DNA of 63,783 nucleotides, counting the filler, from Vannella sp. (taxonomy: Eukaryota): assembly GCA_023345925.1 (NCBI GenBank). It is 6 parts of 6 records of this genome, joined end to end, with 100 filler letters (N's around TTAATTAATTAA, not from the genome) between each part and the next. Parts side by side here need not be neighbours in the genome. Positions count along the whole stretch, not along the records: positions 31,978 to 44,860 come from JAJQQN010000378.1; positions 44,961 to 55,986 come from JAJQQN010000054.1; 4 more parts are not named here. The stretch is one strand, 5' to 3'. Below, piece after piece: positions 43,204 through 55,303 of this stretch. The notes beneath the pieces are model-generated. The model ran no database searches and was not told the DNA's origin. It saw only the letters and a program-made list of their open reading frames with translations. Numbering within the stretch: position 1 is the stretch's first letter; each line of letters opens with the position of its first letter. Both the position numbers and the translations under genes were made by a program.

Positions 43204-44860
43204 TCAAGGGCACGATACGGATTTGATCTTGATCCTTCCTGTCCCATCCATTCTAGTGAGTGGCCGGAAGAGGGGATTTGAGGGGAACTTACGAATTAGA
43301 TTAGCTTTACGGTGCAATCGCCAACGAATGCGCATTTCAATCACTAATCCACAGATAGCAACCAGCAGGATAGCTCCTATCACCATTCCTAGGGAAATCC
43401 ACGCCAGACTAGGACTATCTTGGTTGTTGGACTGGCAAGAGTCCGCTCCTTTTCCTGTCAAGAGAAGGACAAAGTTCGTGAGATGGACTGTTTGACCACA
43501 CAGAAGGTCGCCTTCCACACTAGTCCCCTCATTGGTGCCGTTACCTTTGGCAGGGAAAGTGGTGAGGCACTCGTCTTCACACGTCCATTTGTCTTTGCGC
43601 TCGTCGTAAAAGCTCAGGCACACGCTCTCTCCCTTCTTTGTCGTGTTGGGAAGGGTCAAACAGATAGTCAGTGGCGAGTCCAATTGGGTGATGGAGTTGC
43701 CTTGGCCGTCCAAAAGTGTGATGTTCAGGACAGTGCTGGCCAGCACTTGCTCGTTAGAAGAATTGCCTATGGGACTGCCAATGTAGGAAGTGACCAAAGT
43801 GGTGTTGGCTTCGTTGCTCAAGTTGGGAGGGACAAAGAGGGCTCCCACTGGATCCTCACCTGGAGAGCTGGAGAGCTCCACAAACTCGCCAGAAGTGAAG
43901 TTGGAGGGAAAGATAATTGCAGCAATCAAAGAAGGACTGATGGAGGAGAAGGAAGTGGCAGAGGAAGTGATGGATGGTGACTCGCTCTCAAGAGTGCTTG
44001 GCAATCCTGATTGATTTGGACTTTGGAAAACTTCACTTAAAAAGTACGATTCGGTTGCGAGTGGGGAAGTACTGGGTGCCTCACTAACGAAAGGTGAAGA
44101 GGTTTCAGAAGAAGTGAAACTTGATGAACTGGGTGTCCCTTGTGCACTGAAAGAGGACGATGTAGAGACAGAGCTCGTTTCACTACCACTGGAAGAGGGT
44201 GTTGATGAAGCAGTAGGGATCGTACTTGAAGAGGAAGAACTTGAAACACTCGCACTGCCACTCGAAGATGGCGTTGCTGAACTAGTAAGGCTCGTGCTGA
44301 GAGAAGGAGAGCTTGAAACGCTCCCACTGCCACTCAAAGAGGGTGTTGTTGAAGCAGAGGGACTTGGACTGAGCGAGGGAGTACCAGAGTTGCTGCCACT
44401 CCAAGAGGGTGTTGAAGAAGCAGAACTGCTTGTGCTGAGGGAAGGAGAGCTTGACACGCTTCCACTGCTGCTAGGAGAGGACGTTGCGGACACACTCTCA
44501 CTGCCGCTTGGAGAGGCCGTGGCACTGCAGGAGGGGGTAACTGATCTACTGGCGCTGGAAGAGGGCGTCTCTGAGGAAGTGAGACTTGCGCTGGAAGAAG
44601 AAGAGCTTGATGCACTCGTACTACCACTTGGAGAGGTAGAAGGGCTTGCACTTAGAGAAGGAGAGCCTGATACGCTCGCACTACCACTTGGAGAGGCAGA
44701 AGGGCTTGCACTTAGAGAAGAAGAGCTTGATACGCTCGCACTACCACTTGGAGAGGTAGAAGGGCTTGCACTTAGAGAAGGAGAGCTTGATACGCTCGCA
44801 CTACCACTGGGAGAGGTAGAAGGGCTTGTGCTGGGAGAAGGGGAGCTTGATGCACTCGTA
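43204..44860 (-). CDS. 5'-partial cell-surface protein: Ser-rich 20-aa repeats, GAIN/GPS-like domain, single TM, short cytoplasmic tail
   Basis: C.SFYD..W.C..C..CGQTVHLTNFVLLL is a GPS motif, followed by the TM segment WISLGMVIGAILLVAICGLVI. Confidence 0.8.
44160..44860 (-). repeat. 60-bp tandem repeat encoding a Ser-rich stalk (near-perfect 44590-44860, degenerate below)
   Basis: The unit GAGAGCTTGATACGCTCGCACTACCACTTGGAGAGGTAGAAGGGCTTGCACTTAGAGAAG recurs with period 60 up to the contig end. Confidence 0.9.
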
Positions 44861-44960
44861 NNNNNNNNNNNNNNNNNNNNNNNNNNNNNNNNNNNNNNNN
44901 NNNNTTAATTAATTAANNNNNNNNNNNNNNNNNNNNNNNNNNNNNNNNNNNNNNNNNNNN
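44861..44960. other. Artificial contig linker
   Basis: N44-TTAATTAATTAA-N44. Confidence 0.98.
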
Positions 44961-45578
44961 CTCGGCAAGATTGTGGCACAACTGAGGAGAAGGATCTCTC
45001 CCACCCAAAAGACTTTGAATGGAGGGGATGCCGTCCGGAATTGCCGCTGGAATACGATCGCTCTGTACTTTGGTGGTTGAAAGCTCTTGGATGAGACCAT
45101 TAGAGATGGGATCGGAGTACCAAGGCACAAGATTCCTTTCTCCCACGGCAATCTCTGCCAGTTGCCCGCTCTCTATGATCTGCCAGAACTCCTGGCGCTC
45201 GTCCTCGTGTAGATCAAGCCATACTCTATCAGGATCTTCACCATCTACGAGGCGATCGTAGATGCATTGGATGCGGCGGACCTTTTCCTCCTCCAGTTCG
45301 TCGTCTTCTGCCTCCTCCTCTTCCAGTTGAAGTCTCTGAAGCATGTCAAGAGTAGCTTGTCTTGTTTGTTCATCAGCTACAGTACTCTGGAGGGTCTCCT
45401 TGACCTGATCCTGGTAAAACTCTTCGCTACAGTGTCCATGTTGCTGATAACACACCAAAGAGCAATAGAGAACACGACAGCGTGGGCAAGTATACTTACC
45501 AACACTTGTATGACACCTTGACTACCATCAGCAAGCTCCCTTCTCACCCACAGCGACTCACACTGCACACGGCGCCAT
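44961..45578 (-). CDS. Zinc finger HIT domain protein (ZNHIT2-like), 3'-partial
   Basis: The spliced start MAPCAV|CHTSVGKYTCPRCRVLYCSLVCYQQHGHCSEEFY is a HIT zinc finger, followed by LDMLQRL and VW..L...ERQEF. Confidence 0.8.
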
Positions 45579-46144
45579 TAGAGAATGAAGGAAGCCTTCC
45601 CACGCCTTTCCCAGTTACCACACAGGAAGATGTTCATGCCCACCCGCTTCTTCGTCTCAAATCTGTTCCATTTGATCCCCTTTGGCCACTGGGTCCTCCT
45701 TCCCCACCCGCGAAGAAGTCTGCTGGTCCCGTTTCGCTTGAGAACCAACAGATTGAGAGCCATCTGACCTCCTTTGAAGTACTCATGTCATTCGGGCGAC
45801 TTAGACTCTCCTCGTTATGACGAGGAGGCAGTATTCAAGACCCAATACCCGTCATTCTTGGACGCTCTTGCCCTAAGTCAGTCCTTTTGGAGGTGATTCA
45901 AGTTCAGCAGTTGAACCTATCAGGGGCACATCACTCACCAGAAGAGCGAGTTTCCTTCCCTGTCAAAATAGCCAATTCCACTTCCAAGACACTTTGATAA
46001 TGAATACGACTCGAATCAGTCTACTGGAGGGATCGTAGCTTCTTCTGATACCTTTCTAATTGATATGCGAAGCTCAAAGTTGGAGCGGACTCAAGGAATC
46101 GGAACAGAGTATCTCCAAGTGATCTCCTTTCGAGAGGGTTTAGT

Positions 46145-48134
46145 CTACTTCTTGGTCTTCTTGGGGCTTGGCTTGTTGCTAGGAGGTAGAGAGCGCTTCT
46201 TGGTCGCCTGGGGCGACTTTTTGACCTCCTTAGGAGCCGACTTGGGACTGGGCTTGTTACTAAGAGGCTTGGTGTTCTTGGGAGACTTTTTGGCTTCCTT
46301 AGGAGTCTCCTTGGGGCTTGGCTTGCTATCGGCTGGAAGAGGACGCTTCTTTTCAGTCTTGGCTGGCTTGGCAGCCCCCTTTGAGGCCTCTTTGGCGAGG
46401 ATCTCTTGGGCTGCGGCTTCCTTTGCAGCTTCTTTGCTGGCAATCGCATTGGCAAGGCGTTGCTTGCAGTTTTCAATGGACTTATGAAGGATGTCCTGCT
46501 CTACTTGCTGAAGATAGGAGCAGCAGAGAGCGGGCTTTCGCAAGAGCCCAGATTTCTTCCAGTCAACCTCTGCGGTGCACTCAACCGCAGCATCCAGCTT
46601 CTTCTGGAGGATAGAGATGAGTGATTCAAAGACAGCAGTCTCGTTCTCGATCTCTGGGATCTCTTCTCCATCTTCTGGCTCGTCATCCTCGTCATCTTCT
46701 TCCTCTCGTGAGTCGATCTCAACCGCTGAGAGCTTGTCAGCCTTTGCAGAGACTTTAGCAGACTTCTCTGTTGGCTTAGAGGGCACTTCAGCTTCATCAC
46801 CAGACTCTACCTCCTCGATAGAAGCCAAATCGTCCTCCTCATCATCATCTTCATCGTCAAACGAGCTCAGGAAGCCGGCTTGAGCCATGCTTTCAGCATA
46901 CAAAGTGAACTCCTCCTCATCCATGAAGAGAACCTTCACAGTCATCAACAGATCGTTGGGGATTTGGCCATCCTTCTCGATCTCGTACAGATCAACCAAC
47001 AAGCCCAGCTCCTCGAGCAGCTCGATCTTACTCTCTGCCAGCGGGTTGTCCTCCAAGTTCTCCTCACCTAAGCAAGACATGAAGACGGTCTCTGGCTCGA
47101 GCTGGAGAACGTCAGCGGCGCAGCCCTTCTCGCAATCTGGGGTGGGTTGGTGGTCCACCACGCCCCATTTCCAGAGGAACTCTGCGGTACCAAGCTCTCC
47201 CACGAAGCTGTGAAGCTTCGATCCCACGGGGAGGTCGCTCTTAGCGACAACACTGATCGAATCGTCGCCAAAGTTGATCGCCACATTGGCAGCGTCCTCG
47301 TACGCCGTGTAGCTCATAAGCTCTGCCAGAGGAGCCAAGAAGATCTCTGCGTTCTCGTCGGCCCAGCAGTAGGTCAAAGAGAAGGCGTAGAACCTCTTCG
47401 CCCTCGCGTAAGTCATGGCGAGGAGATCAGGAGGCTCCCACTCACCTTGAACAGCTCAAAAGAGAGCGCATCGGAGTCTTGAAGCTTCAGAGTATCCTCT
47501 TGGAAGAAAGGGGCAATCAAGCGGTCCAGTTCTTCGTGCATCTCCTCGTCAAGGTCCTCCACGCGGTCCGCCAAGGAAGTTCCGGCTAGGAGGCCACGTT
47601 CCTCTGTTGTCCAGTATGCTGGGGTATACAGTGGCTCTCTCTCGGATAGGAACTGAAGGTAGGTCTTCCAGGGGGACTCTTTGCCTAGAGAAAGAGCCGA
47701 TCAGATTGATTACACCAAGGGCGTTCGTTCCTCTTACCAGTGACGGGCCCAGAGACCTGCTTAGCAGCAGCCTCTCGCTGGCTCTTCTTCTTCTTCTTCT
47801 TGCGGGTGATCGTGGGCGCTTCAAAGGTGATGGCGCACTTGGGTTTGAGGAACTCGTAGAGGGTAAGAAGGGTTTGCACGCGATACGGAGTAAAGTCATT
47901 GAAGAGAGTGTTATGCTTCTCATTAAACTCGATCTCTGCAAAGTCAGAGCTGTCCAGGGAGAGGATCAGCTCGTCTGGGACTTCAAAAAGAGTTTCTCCC
48001 TTCTTGATCGCTTTGGTAGTCGTCAACTGGAGTGTCTTCTGCACTTTGCTCACTCCTAAGCTAGTATGGAGCTTCCCTCCGTGCTCTTTGAACCAATCCA
48101 GCACCTGTTGGCCGGTAACTTTCGCTTCTCCCAT
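46145..48134 (-). CDS. SETD6/Rubisco-LSMT-like SET-domain methyltransferase with an acidic insert and a Lys/Pro-rich basic tail, multi-exon
   Basis: LDWFKEHGGKL, TKAIKKGETLFEVP..LILS, LAPLAELMSY, G.LGTAEFLWKWGVV. The NH motif is divergent. Confidence 0.7.
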
Positions 48135-48247
48135 CCGCGGTTGACAAGAAATGGCCGAAAGAGCTGCGTTTGAGAGCTCCCAGCCTGCTTAGCACTTGCT
48201 AGCGAAGCTTGCAGTCTTGAGGGCTTCATTGTTTGGCTGCCTGGGGC

Positions 48248-49900
48248 ATGGCGAAGGGGGACGAGGTGATGAGTGGCCCCTTTGAGAGCTCAGGGAGCCC
48301 CACCTTTGATGAGAAGGAGTTGTTTGGAGATGACCTACTTAGTGGGGTTGAGATGGCGCCGTTGGAGGATGCGGAGGCGCCGTGGGAGCGATATGATAAG
48401 AAGAAGAGGATGGGCATCCTCCTTATCTCCTCTATTCCTATGCTTCTTCAGCCCTTTGCTACAACGATGGTAGTACCTTCTTTCAACAACATCCAGTTAG
48501 ATCTAGACACGGTCTACACGATGGTGGTGCTGACTGTGGTGGGGTACAACCTAATGGCGGGCATCTTCCCCATGTTCTATGGACCGCTCAGCGATTGCTT
48601 TGGGCGAAAGTTCCTTTGGTACTTTACTCTTCCAGCATTCGCAGTCGCTGCTACTGCCAGTGGCTTCGCTCCAAACATCTGGCTCCTCATCTTGGGGCGT
48701 TCCCTCTTGGGAGCCTTCTCGTGCTCTGTTGTCATCGTTGGTACAGGTATTGTGACAGACATATGCAGTCCTGAGAATCAGGGCAAGGCTTTGGGTCTCC
48801 AGGTGAGTCCATTAGGAGGGGAGAGAGCGACTCTGACTGGAGTTTCTTCGATAACTAGCAAATCCCTGCTCTCATCAGTCCAATGATCGGGTACCCGTTA
48901 GGAGGGTTGATAACGCAAGTGGTTGGATGGCAAATGGTCAACTTTGTGCTGGCTATTGGGTCGATTCCCGTCACCCTTCTCGTGTTCTTAGCTCTTCCAG
49001 AGACTCTCCCCAAGCAGGCTCAGTCCTCTGTCTCTGTGGCTTCTGTAGCAAAAGCTATGAACCCTTGGAACACTCTGAAACTTCTATTCCGACCCATTAT
49101 TGGGTGCATTGCTGTGGCTCGAGCGGTCGGATACGCTTGCATGTGAGGGGACATTCTTTCTGGTTCCCAACTCACTTAAGAGTGGCTCATTAGGATGCTC
49201 TTTGTTCTGCTGAACCCAGCGATCTTGGGGATGGTTCACAAAGACTCTGCCTTTGAAATTGGCATGTGGAATGTGCCTTTCAGTCTTGGAACCATCGTGG
49301 GGAGCATCGTTGGGGGGTGCGAACACTACCTTTAGTAGACCTTTATGCAGTTCTCTAATTGGGAATCCTCTAGAGTGGCTGTGGACCGCGGATTGAACCG
49401 TTTCGGGCGGGGGGGACGTCTTATTTCTGCCAATATTGGGACTTTTCTTATCAGCTTGGGCCTGATTGGTTACGGATGGACTATTGAGTGGAACCAATGG
49501 ATTGGTATGCTCTTCAGTGTCCTGATTGGAGTGGGAGTCTGCGCCAACCGGTACGCTGCCTGATAAGGCTCTCTTTCTTTCATGTTGGGGCCCTAATACG
49601 GTCATTGGTAGTCCTGGCTATCTCTCTTACGCCATGCAAGAGAATCCTTCCAATGCAGCTGCAGTAACGGGTGCGACAATGTTCTTCTCAATGCTTCTGG
49701 TACGAAGAATTACCTGCCTTGTTGACTCTGCTGCTCACCTGGACTAGACTATGCCACTGTCGATCGTAGGATCTGGAGTAGTCAAAAGTATTGGAGTGCC
49801 TGCCCTTTTCACCGCATGCGGGCTTCTCACTTGGGCGGCTGCCTTACCAGCAGTCATGATAATGGCTCTCAACATGAAACTCACCGCTGCTCAGTTGTAA
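48248..49900 (+). CDS. MFS transporter, DHA1 drug:H+ antiporter-like, multi-exon
   Basis: MFS motif A GPLSDCFGRK, LILGRSLLG, multiple TM helices, IGYPLGG, LPETL. Confidence 0.88.
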
Positions 49901-50000
49901 TGCATGTCACTTTTCCTTTCTGCCCTCCTTTTCACGTAGGCGGCTTGCCGGAATCTTTCCAATTTAGCCGGAATCTGGAAAACGTTAGAAAACTGTCTGT

Positions 50001-52811
50001 TTACTCGAAGAACTCTTCCGTGGCCCTTGCTTGGAAGAGATGAATCATTTGGTGTCGGAAAGTGCCGACAGTAAGCTGGTCTTTCGGGTCACTAAGGATA
50101 GAAAGAGACGCATTGTTATCAAAGGGAGTCGGCCTGGTTTGGTTTGCTTTGATCACTCGGAGGAGATTAAGAACACCAAATTTGGGTGGAGTATGCTGCC
50201 ATAGCATGTCAAGGTGCTCTTGGTCGTTTCGTTCCACGCACCAAGTGAGTACACTATGGAAGAGAGCACTGTGGGGAGTGAAAGAAGAAGGCAATTGGTC
50301 CTTTTCTAACTTGTACTTTCGCAAAAGGGTGAATATCTGAGTCCACATATCATGATCTAGAAGATAGTCTACTGCTCGTTGTCCCAATCCAGCCAGACAA
50401 AGCAGCATTGTCAGAACAGTGGTTTGAGCATGATAGATCTCCGGCACTTGGTCCTCCGTTTCTCGGAACAGAATGGGAGGTAATGCAGTCACAGCGCGGT
50501 CTAAGAACGAACGAAGCATCTTCTTTGGTGGAAGAGTAGAAGAGAGATGAGACTCGTGAACCAACAAGACAAAGGGAATCAGAAACCCGGGCTTGAGCTT
50601 GTGATAAAGACGGCAAAGGTTTGTAAACAACTGGTGTTCTTTCGAGCGTTGCCCGTTCAACTGGACGTCTGTGATAGATTCTTCTGTTTGCTGGAAAAGA
50701 AGATTCTGAGAACTCAAAAGGCGGGGAAATACAAAATGAGTCCTTTCGGGATTCCTTCCATCATAGTCGAGGTCCTTCCAGATAAGGTCCAGCTCTAAGA
50801 ACCGCTCTAGTCCCTCGAGGGAACGCATTGGGTGCTGCATTAAGATCATGTCGAAGGAAGCCCGGCTGGTTTGGAGAAGATCTTTCCCTGACTTGCAGAA
50901 ACTGAGGAGCCACTTGGCCTCTTCCTTATCATTTGGATGCTCTGAACCATCAGAAGGAGGTAAATGCATCGCCGACACAGCCTCTGAGATAGAGACTGTG
51001 GTTTGCTGGGCTGATAACTGATTATACTGGTCTAAAAGGGAAAGCAAAGTTGAGTTGAGTGGAGTGTGAAGGAAATAAGAGCGCCTAGTCTTGATCCGGA
51101 TATCATTGGCACTCGCATCCGCGGACAATTGGTCCTCTCCAATGTAGTCCTGGAGGAATCGAGATACCTGTTCATGAAGGAACGGTTTGTGTGCCTTATC
51201 CCGCAGCAAAAGCAACAACAAAGCTGGATTCTCCAGGTGTGGAGCAAGCTCCCTGGCCAGGCGTTGCTGAATCTCCACCAGCCTGTCCCCGCTCACTCCC
51301 ACCGCCTTACTACCGCGTGTATAAGCTATCAGCTCACGCAAAGTGTGTTTGGCAGACATCCTTTCCATCTTCCACTCCTTACTAATGATGGCCTGATAGT
51401 TCTCGGGTAGCTTGGCCTGAGTATCAACAGCATTCAAGGCATTCACTTGCTGAATGACTGGGAGCGGCTGTATTTCGTACAAACCACCCGCTGGCTTCCA
51501 AATAGACACAAAAGCACCATCCAGAAGCACTGAGCCAGCATTGGGAATGGTAAACGCGCCATGAACGGTCACCTTCGACTGCAATGTCACAGAAAAGTCC
51601 ATATTTGGAGGGAGAACGCATTGCCCAAGCATCCCGCCCGTGCGCAGGTCACACACGCACATGCCCTTGGCAAAGAAGATCATGAATACATGCCGGCGGG
51701 AGATAACAGCACGAGCGTCTGACATGATGCCAATGGCTGGAGGGACTGCCAAGCGGCAAAGGAGGCGGCAGGAGACCTCGTCACGGAGCTGAAAGTAGTT
51801 CAAAAGGAGCACACGACCCGATCGTTCAACTAGAAGGAGGTCTTCTGTGTTGTGGTGCTTGATCATGGCGAGGACGTCGGTTGGGACGAGGAACTCGACC
51901 ATCATCGCCTCTCCTGGGAGTGTGGCTGGTGGCGTAGTGTTGAGGAAGGAGAAGTGCTTCCCAGTGAAGGGCAAGAAGCCTATTTGTGTGACTGTGCGGA
52001 CCCAGACTCCTCGTTTGGTCACAGCAACTTCCAGAACTTCCTCTTTGAACGCTCCAACGAGTGCTGCGTTGGGATTAGGGATCTTCTGGAGTTGCATATC
52101 ATCAGGTACGACATCTGTAGCTCGACGTGTCGCGTTGGGGTCCCGGGAATCGATAATCAACTGGCGGCAACCGATCCGGTGCTCATGGCACCGCAAAGGA
52201 CCTCCCAATGACCGCCTGTAAGAGATCTCTTGTAGGACATCTGCACCTCCTTTCGAGTTATCTGTCTCCCACCAGACTAGGTGATTGGTAGAAGGAGAAA
52301 AGAGAAGATCCCGCACTTGCACGGTCACCCCCTCGGTCAGTTGCGTCCCTGCGTGGACAGACTTCCACTTGTACACTTGTCGTTCGATACCTGTGACCCA
52401 CTGCCAACAATGAAGAGTGCCTGTGCTTGTCAGAGCGAACAGGCGAAGACCGGCGGAGGTGGAGCTGAAGAAGACCTTGGAGAAGTACTTTCCGCTCTTG
52501 TTCAGCCCCACGGTGAAGATAGGCTGCTCTCCTGCTTGCTCAGGAGCTTGATTGATGTTATCAGCTTGCTGTAACACCTTAAGGACGTCCCTCTCCTTCG
52601 CACTATCGAGGAGAAAGCTCTGCGGGCAGTTGTCGAACACACACAGCACCTTCCGGCCCTGGAACAGCACCGCACGATGCCCTACCGTTTGAGCAACATC
52701 ACACACCTCCAAAGCATCCACTCCACTCGCTAACAGCTGAGTAAACAGCCACGAACCGCGCAAAAGAGGAGCAGAGTCAGTCGTAACCCCGCGGCAAGCG
52801 TACGTCGCCAT
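50001..52811 (-). CDS. HPS6-like (BLOC-2 subunit) protein, ~936 aa
   Basis: N-terminal beta-propeller-like region and helical C-terminus. LFTNLCRLYHKLKPGFLIPFV and LW...P..LL..QLTVG recall HPS6 C-terminal motifs. Confidence 0.6.
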   Translation of the reverse strand: MATYACRGVTTDSAPLLRGSWLFTQLLASGVDALEVCDVAQTVGHRAVLFQGRKVLCVFDNCPQSFLLDSAKERDVLKVLQQADNINQAPEQAGEQPIFTVGLNKSGKYFSKVFFSSTSAGLRLFALTSTGTLHCWQWVTGIERQVYKWKSVHAGTQLTEGVTVQVRDLLFSPSTNHLVWWETDNSKGGADVLQEISYRRSLGGPLRCHEHRIGCRQLIIDSRDPNATRRATDVVPDDMQLQKIPNPNAALVGAFKEEVLEVAVTKRGVWVRTVTQIGFLPFTGKHFSFLNTTPPATLPGEAMMVEFLVPTDVLAMIKHHNTEDLLLVERSGRVLLLNYFQLRDEVSCRLLCRLAVPPAIGIMSDARAVISRRHVFMIFFAKGMCVCDLRTGGMLGQCVLPPNMDFSVTLQSKVTVHGAFTIPNAGSVLLDGAFVSIWKPAGGLYEIQPLPVIQQVNALNAVDTQAKLPENYQAIISKEWKMERMSAKHTLRELIAYTRGSKAVGVSGDRLVEIQQRLARELAPHLENPALLLLLLRDKAHKPFLHEQVSRFLQDYIGEDQLSADASANDIRIKTRRSYFLHTPLNSTLLSLLDQYNQLSAQQTTVSISEAVSAMHLPPSDGSEHPNDKEEAKWLLSFCKSGKDLLQTSRASFDMILMQHPMRSLEGLERFLELDLIWKDLDYDGRNPERTHFVFPRLLSSQNLLFQQTEESITDVQLNGQRSKEHQLFTNLCRLYHKLKPGFLIPFVLLVHESHLSSTLPPKKMLRSFLDRAVTALPPILFRETEDQVPEIYHAQTTVLTMLLCLAGLGQRAVDYLLDHDMWTQIFTLLRKYKLEKDQLPSSFTPHSALFHSVLTWCVERNDQEHLDMLWQHTPPKFGVLNLLRVIKANQTRPTPFDNNASLSILSDPKDQLTVGTFRHQMIHLFQARATEEFFE

Positions 52812-52849
52812 CGGGGAGCCTCCAAATGACCTCCCACAACCACTTTTTA

Positions 52850-55303
52850 ATGGCCTCCTCCTTCCAGCCGCTCCTCGTCGTCGAAGGCGCCCGTTTGGAG
52901 GCCGCTCGCGCTCAGTTGGAGGAGCTGAGAGGCCTAGTGGAGGTTGTAGCGAAGACCTGTGGTGAGGAAGAGGCAAGGAGGTTACGACAGCTGTGCGGGG
53001 AGCTCAAGCGGAGCCTTTGTGGGGACCCACCGCCCTCTCAAGCTCCTCGACCGTTGCCAAGAGCTCTTCCCAAGGACCCTGCTCCACGTCCTCCAGTGAT
53101 ACAAGTAACGCAAGAAGTGGTGGACGAGGAGAAACCTGCTGTACCAGCCGCTCGGGCGCGTGGGAGAGGTTCGAGAGGTGGCTCTCGTGGAAGTCAACGT
53201 GGAGCTCCTCGTGGAGCTGGCAAAGACCGTCTACAACCCTCTCATGAGTATCCATCTATGGAAAGGACTTCTTCTTCTCCTTCTGTGGTCCAAACTCCGC
53301 CTCCCAGCCGAGCTCCTCCTCCTTTCACTGCCCCGGCCTTTGAGCCCGCCTTACGAAGGGATACGGACCAAGGAAGGGCGCAAAGAGAGTTCTCTCCTCT
53401 CTCAGCATCTGTACGCTTGCCTTCGTCATCCTGGGCGAGTGCACAACTGCCCAAAAGCCCAGGCCCCGTTCGACCACTCTCGAGCGGTACTCCTGCCTCT
53501 GTTGCGGCCCCCCTAGGCACACGGACTGAACCAACAACTATAAGTGCAGATGCCACAGCTAGTGACGCGCTCTCAGTATGTACTTCTGTGATACAGCGAG
53601 GACGAGGACTAACTCGTCTCTAATAGCCTCAGATCTTCAAGGTTGGGATGGTTTGGAAGAGAAAGGTGTCTAACAGGACTCTATCTTCTTGGAAGTCGCG
53701 CTACTTCCGCCTCAGGAATGGTGCCATTAGCTATCACAACTCTGAGACGGTAGGAAGTCCTCCCTTGTAGTCCTCTGGGGTTCTCACAGTGTTTAGGACC
53801 TTACACCGTTGGGCATATTGGATGTGAGTGGTATGAATGTCTATCGGCTGCAGGCAGAGGAGGATGGAAGCAAGGAGAGGAAGCGCTGGGCAATGGTATT
53901 CGAGATCGTTGGTGGAGCCACGTATCACATCGCTGTAGAGAACGAAGGAGATCTACTAGACTGGCTCAAGGCCATTGAGAGCATCCACAAGGAGAATCCA
54001 CACTCCCGCTCTGACTTGGGACAGGGAAAGGGAAAGAAGCAAAAGAACCTCCTCGGCTTCGCTCTCCGGGGCGGTGGCAAGAACAAGATTGCCATTGGAG
54101 CACCATCTCGGGCCCCCTCAGATTCAGATGCATCTGGTTCATCGCCCTCTGCGCCTTCAGTCTCAGCGGGACCGGGAGGGCAGAGAGCTGCCATCATCAA
54201 AGAGATCTTCAACACAGAAAGGGACTACTTGGCGGACCTCAAAGTGATAACTGGGTTCTATATCATGCGCTTGGAGACCTTCCAGATCATGGGAAAGAGT
54301 GAGAAAGACGCTATCTTTGCCAATGTGGAGGAACTTGTGCCTATTCACGAAGATCTTGTGCGGGACCTTGCAGAAGAGACCAACTCGGAGGATCCTTGCT
54401 TTGCGCATATATTCATCTCTTATGTACATCGGTTTACACCGTACTGTAACTACTGTGCCTCCCAGACCAACTCCGTTGCTGAGATTGCTCGTTATCGAAG
54501 AGAAAATCACAACTTTGCTGGCTGCTGTGATGTAAGGAAGAAGTGAGGCTTCTGATGGGTTCTGATGGTGTATAGGACCTCCAACAAGAGCCAGAATCAA
54601 AGAAACTTGATCTCCCGAGTTATCTCATCAAGCCAATGCAGCGGATATGCAAATATCCTCTTCTCCTTCGGGTATGTGCTTCTCTGGACTCTCAAGTGAC
54701 TGAACTCACTCACTCACTCATCCTCATCCTGAAGGAACTCCAAAAAGCAACTCCGGAAACTCACCAGGAATACGCACAAATAGCAGAAGCTGCAGACGTT
54801 GTTGGAGACATGCTTACCACGATTAATGAAACCAAACGCGCGACTGATAATGTGATGCAACTCTTCGAGCTCTCTGAGATGATACCGGATTTGGTATGGC
54901 TCCACTTCTCTCCTGAACCGCTTCTCATTCAATCTAGACCGTCAATTTGCAGAGCAGCCCTCGGGAAATAGTCAAAGAGACAGAATTTAAGAAAGTGCAG
55001 ACAGACCCGTCAAGGGATCCCTCCAAACAGAATGTCTGGCTGCTCACAGATATGTTGATTGTGGCGAAGCGGAAAGACAAGAACAAATTCACCTTCCGTC
55101 TCTCTCTGCCACTGGACAGTGTGGTGGTATGGGACTTGGACCCGTCTGGTACGTCTTTGGAACAGAAAAACGGATTCTCTGTCTTCCACACAGACCCTTC
55201 CATCAACGCCAAAGTCGTCATTTTAGCCAGCTCGCCCGCAGAGAAAACCCTTTGGATGGAACTCATCAACAGTTGTATTGCCAATACCGGCTTTCTCTCG
55301 TGA
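52850..55303 (+). CDS. PH-DH-PH Rho guanine nucleotide exchange factor, multi-exon
   Basis: N-terminal PH (WKSRYFRL..WLKAI), DH (IIKEIFNTERDYLADL..IFAN..LIKPMQRICKYPLLL..INE), C-terminal PH (WMELI). Confidence 0.9.

Noticed and set aside
44114..44860. Long + strand ORF with LALREGELDTLALPLGEVEG repeats
   Set aside because: Antisense shadow of the Ser-rich repeat, whose minus frame is continuous with the GPS/TM domain.
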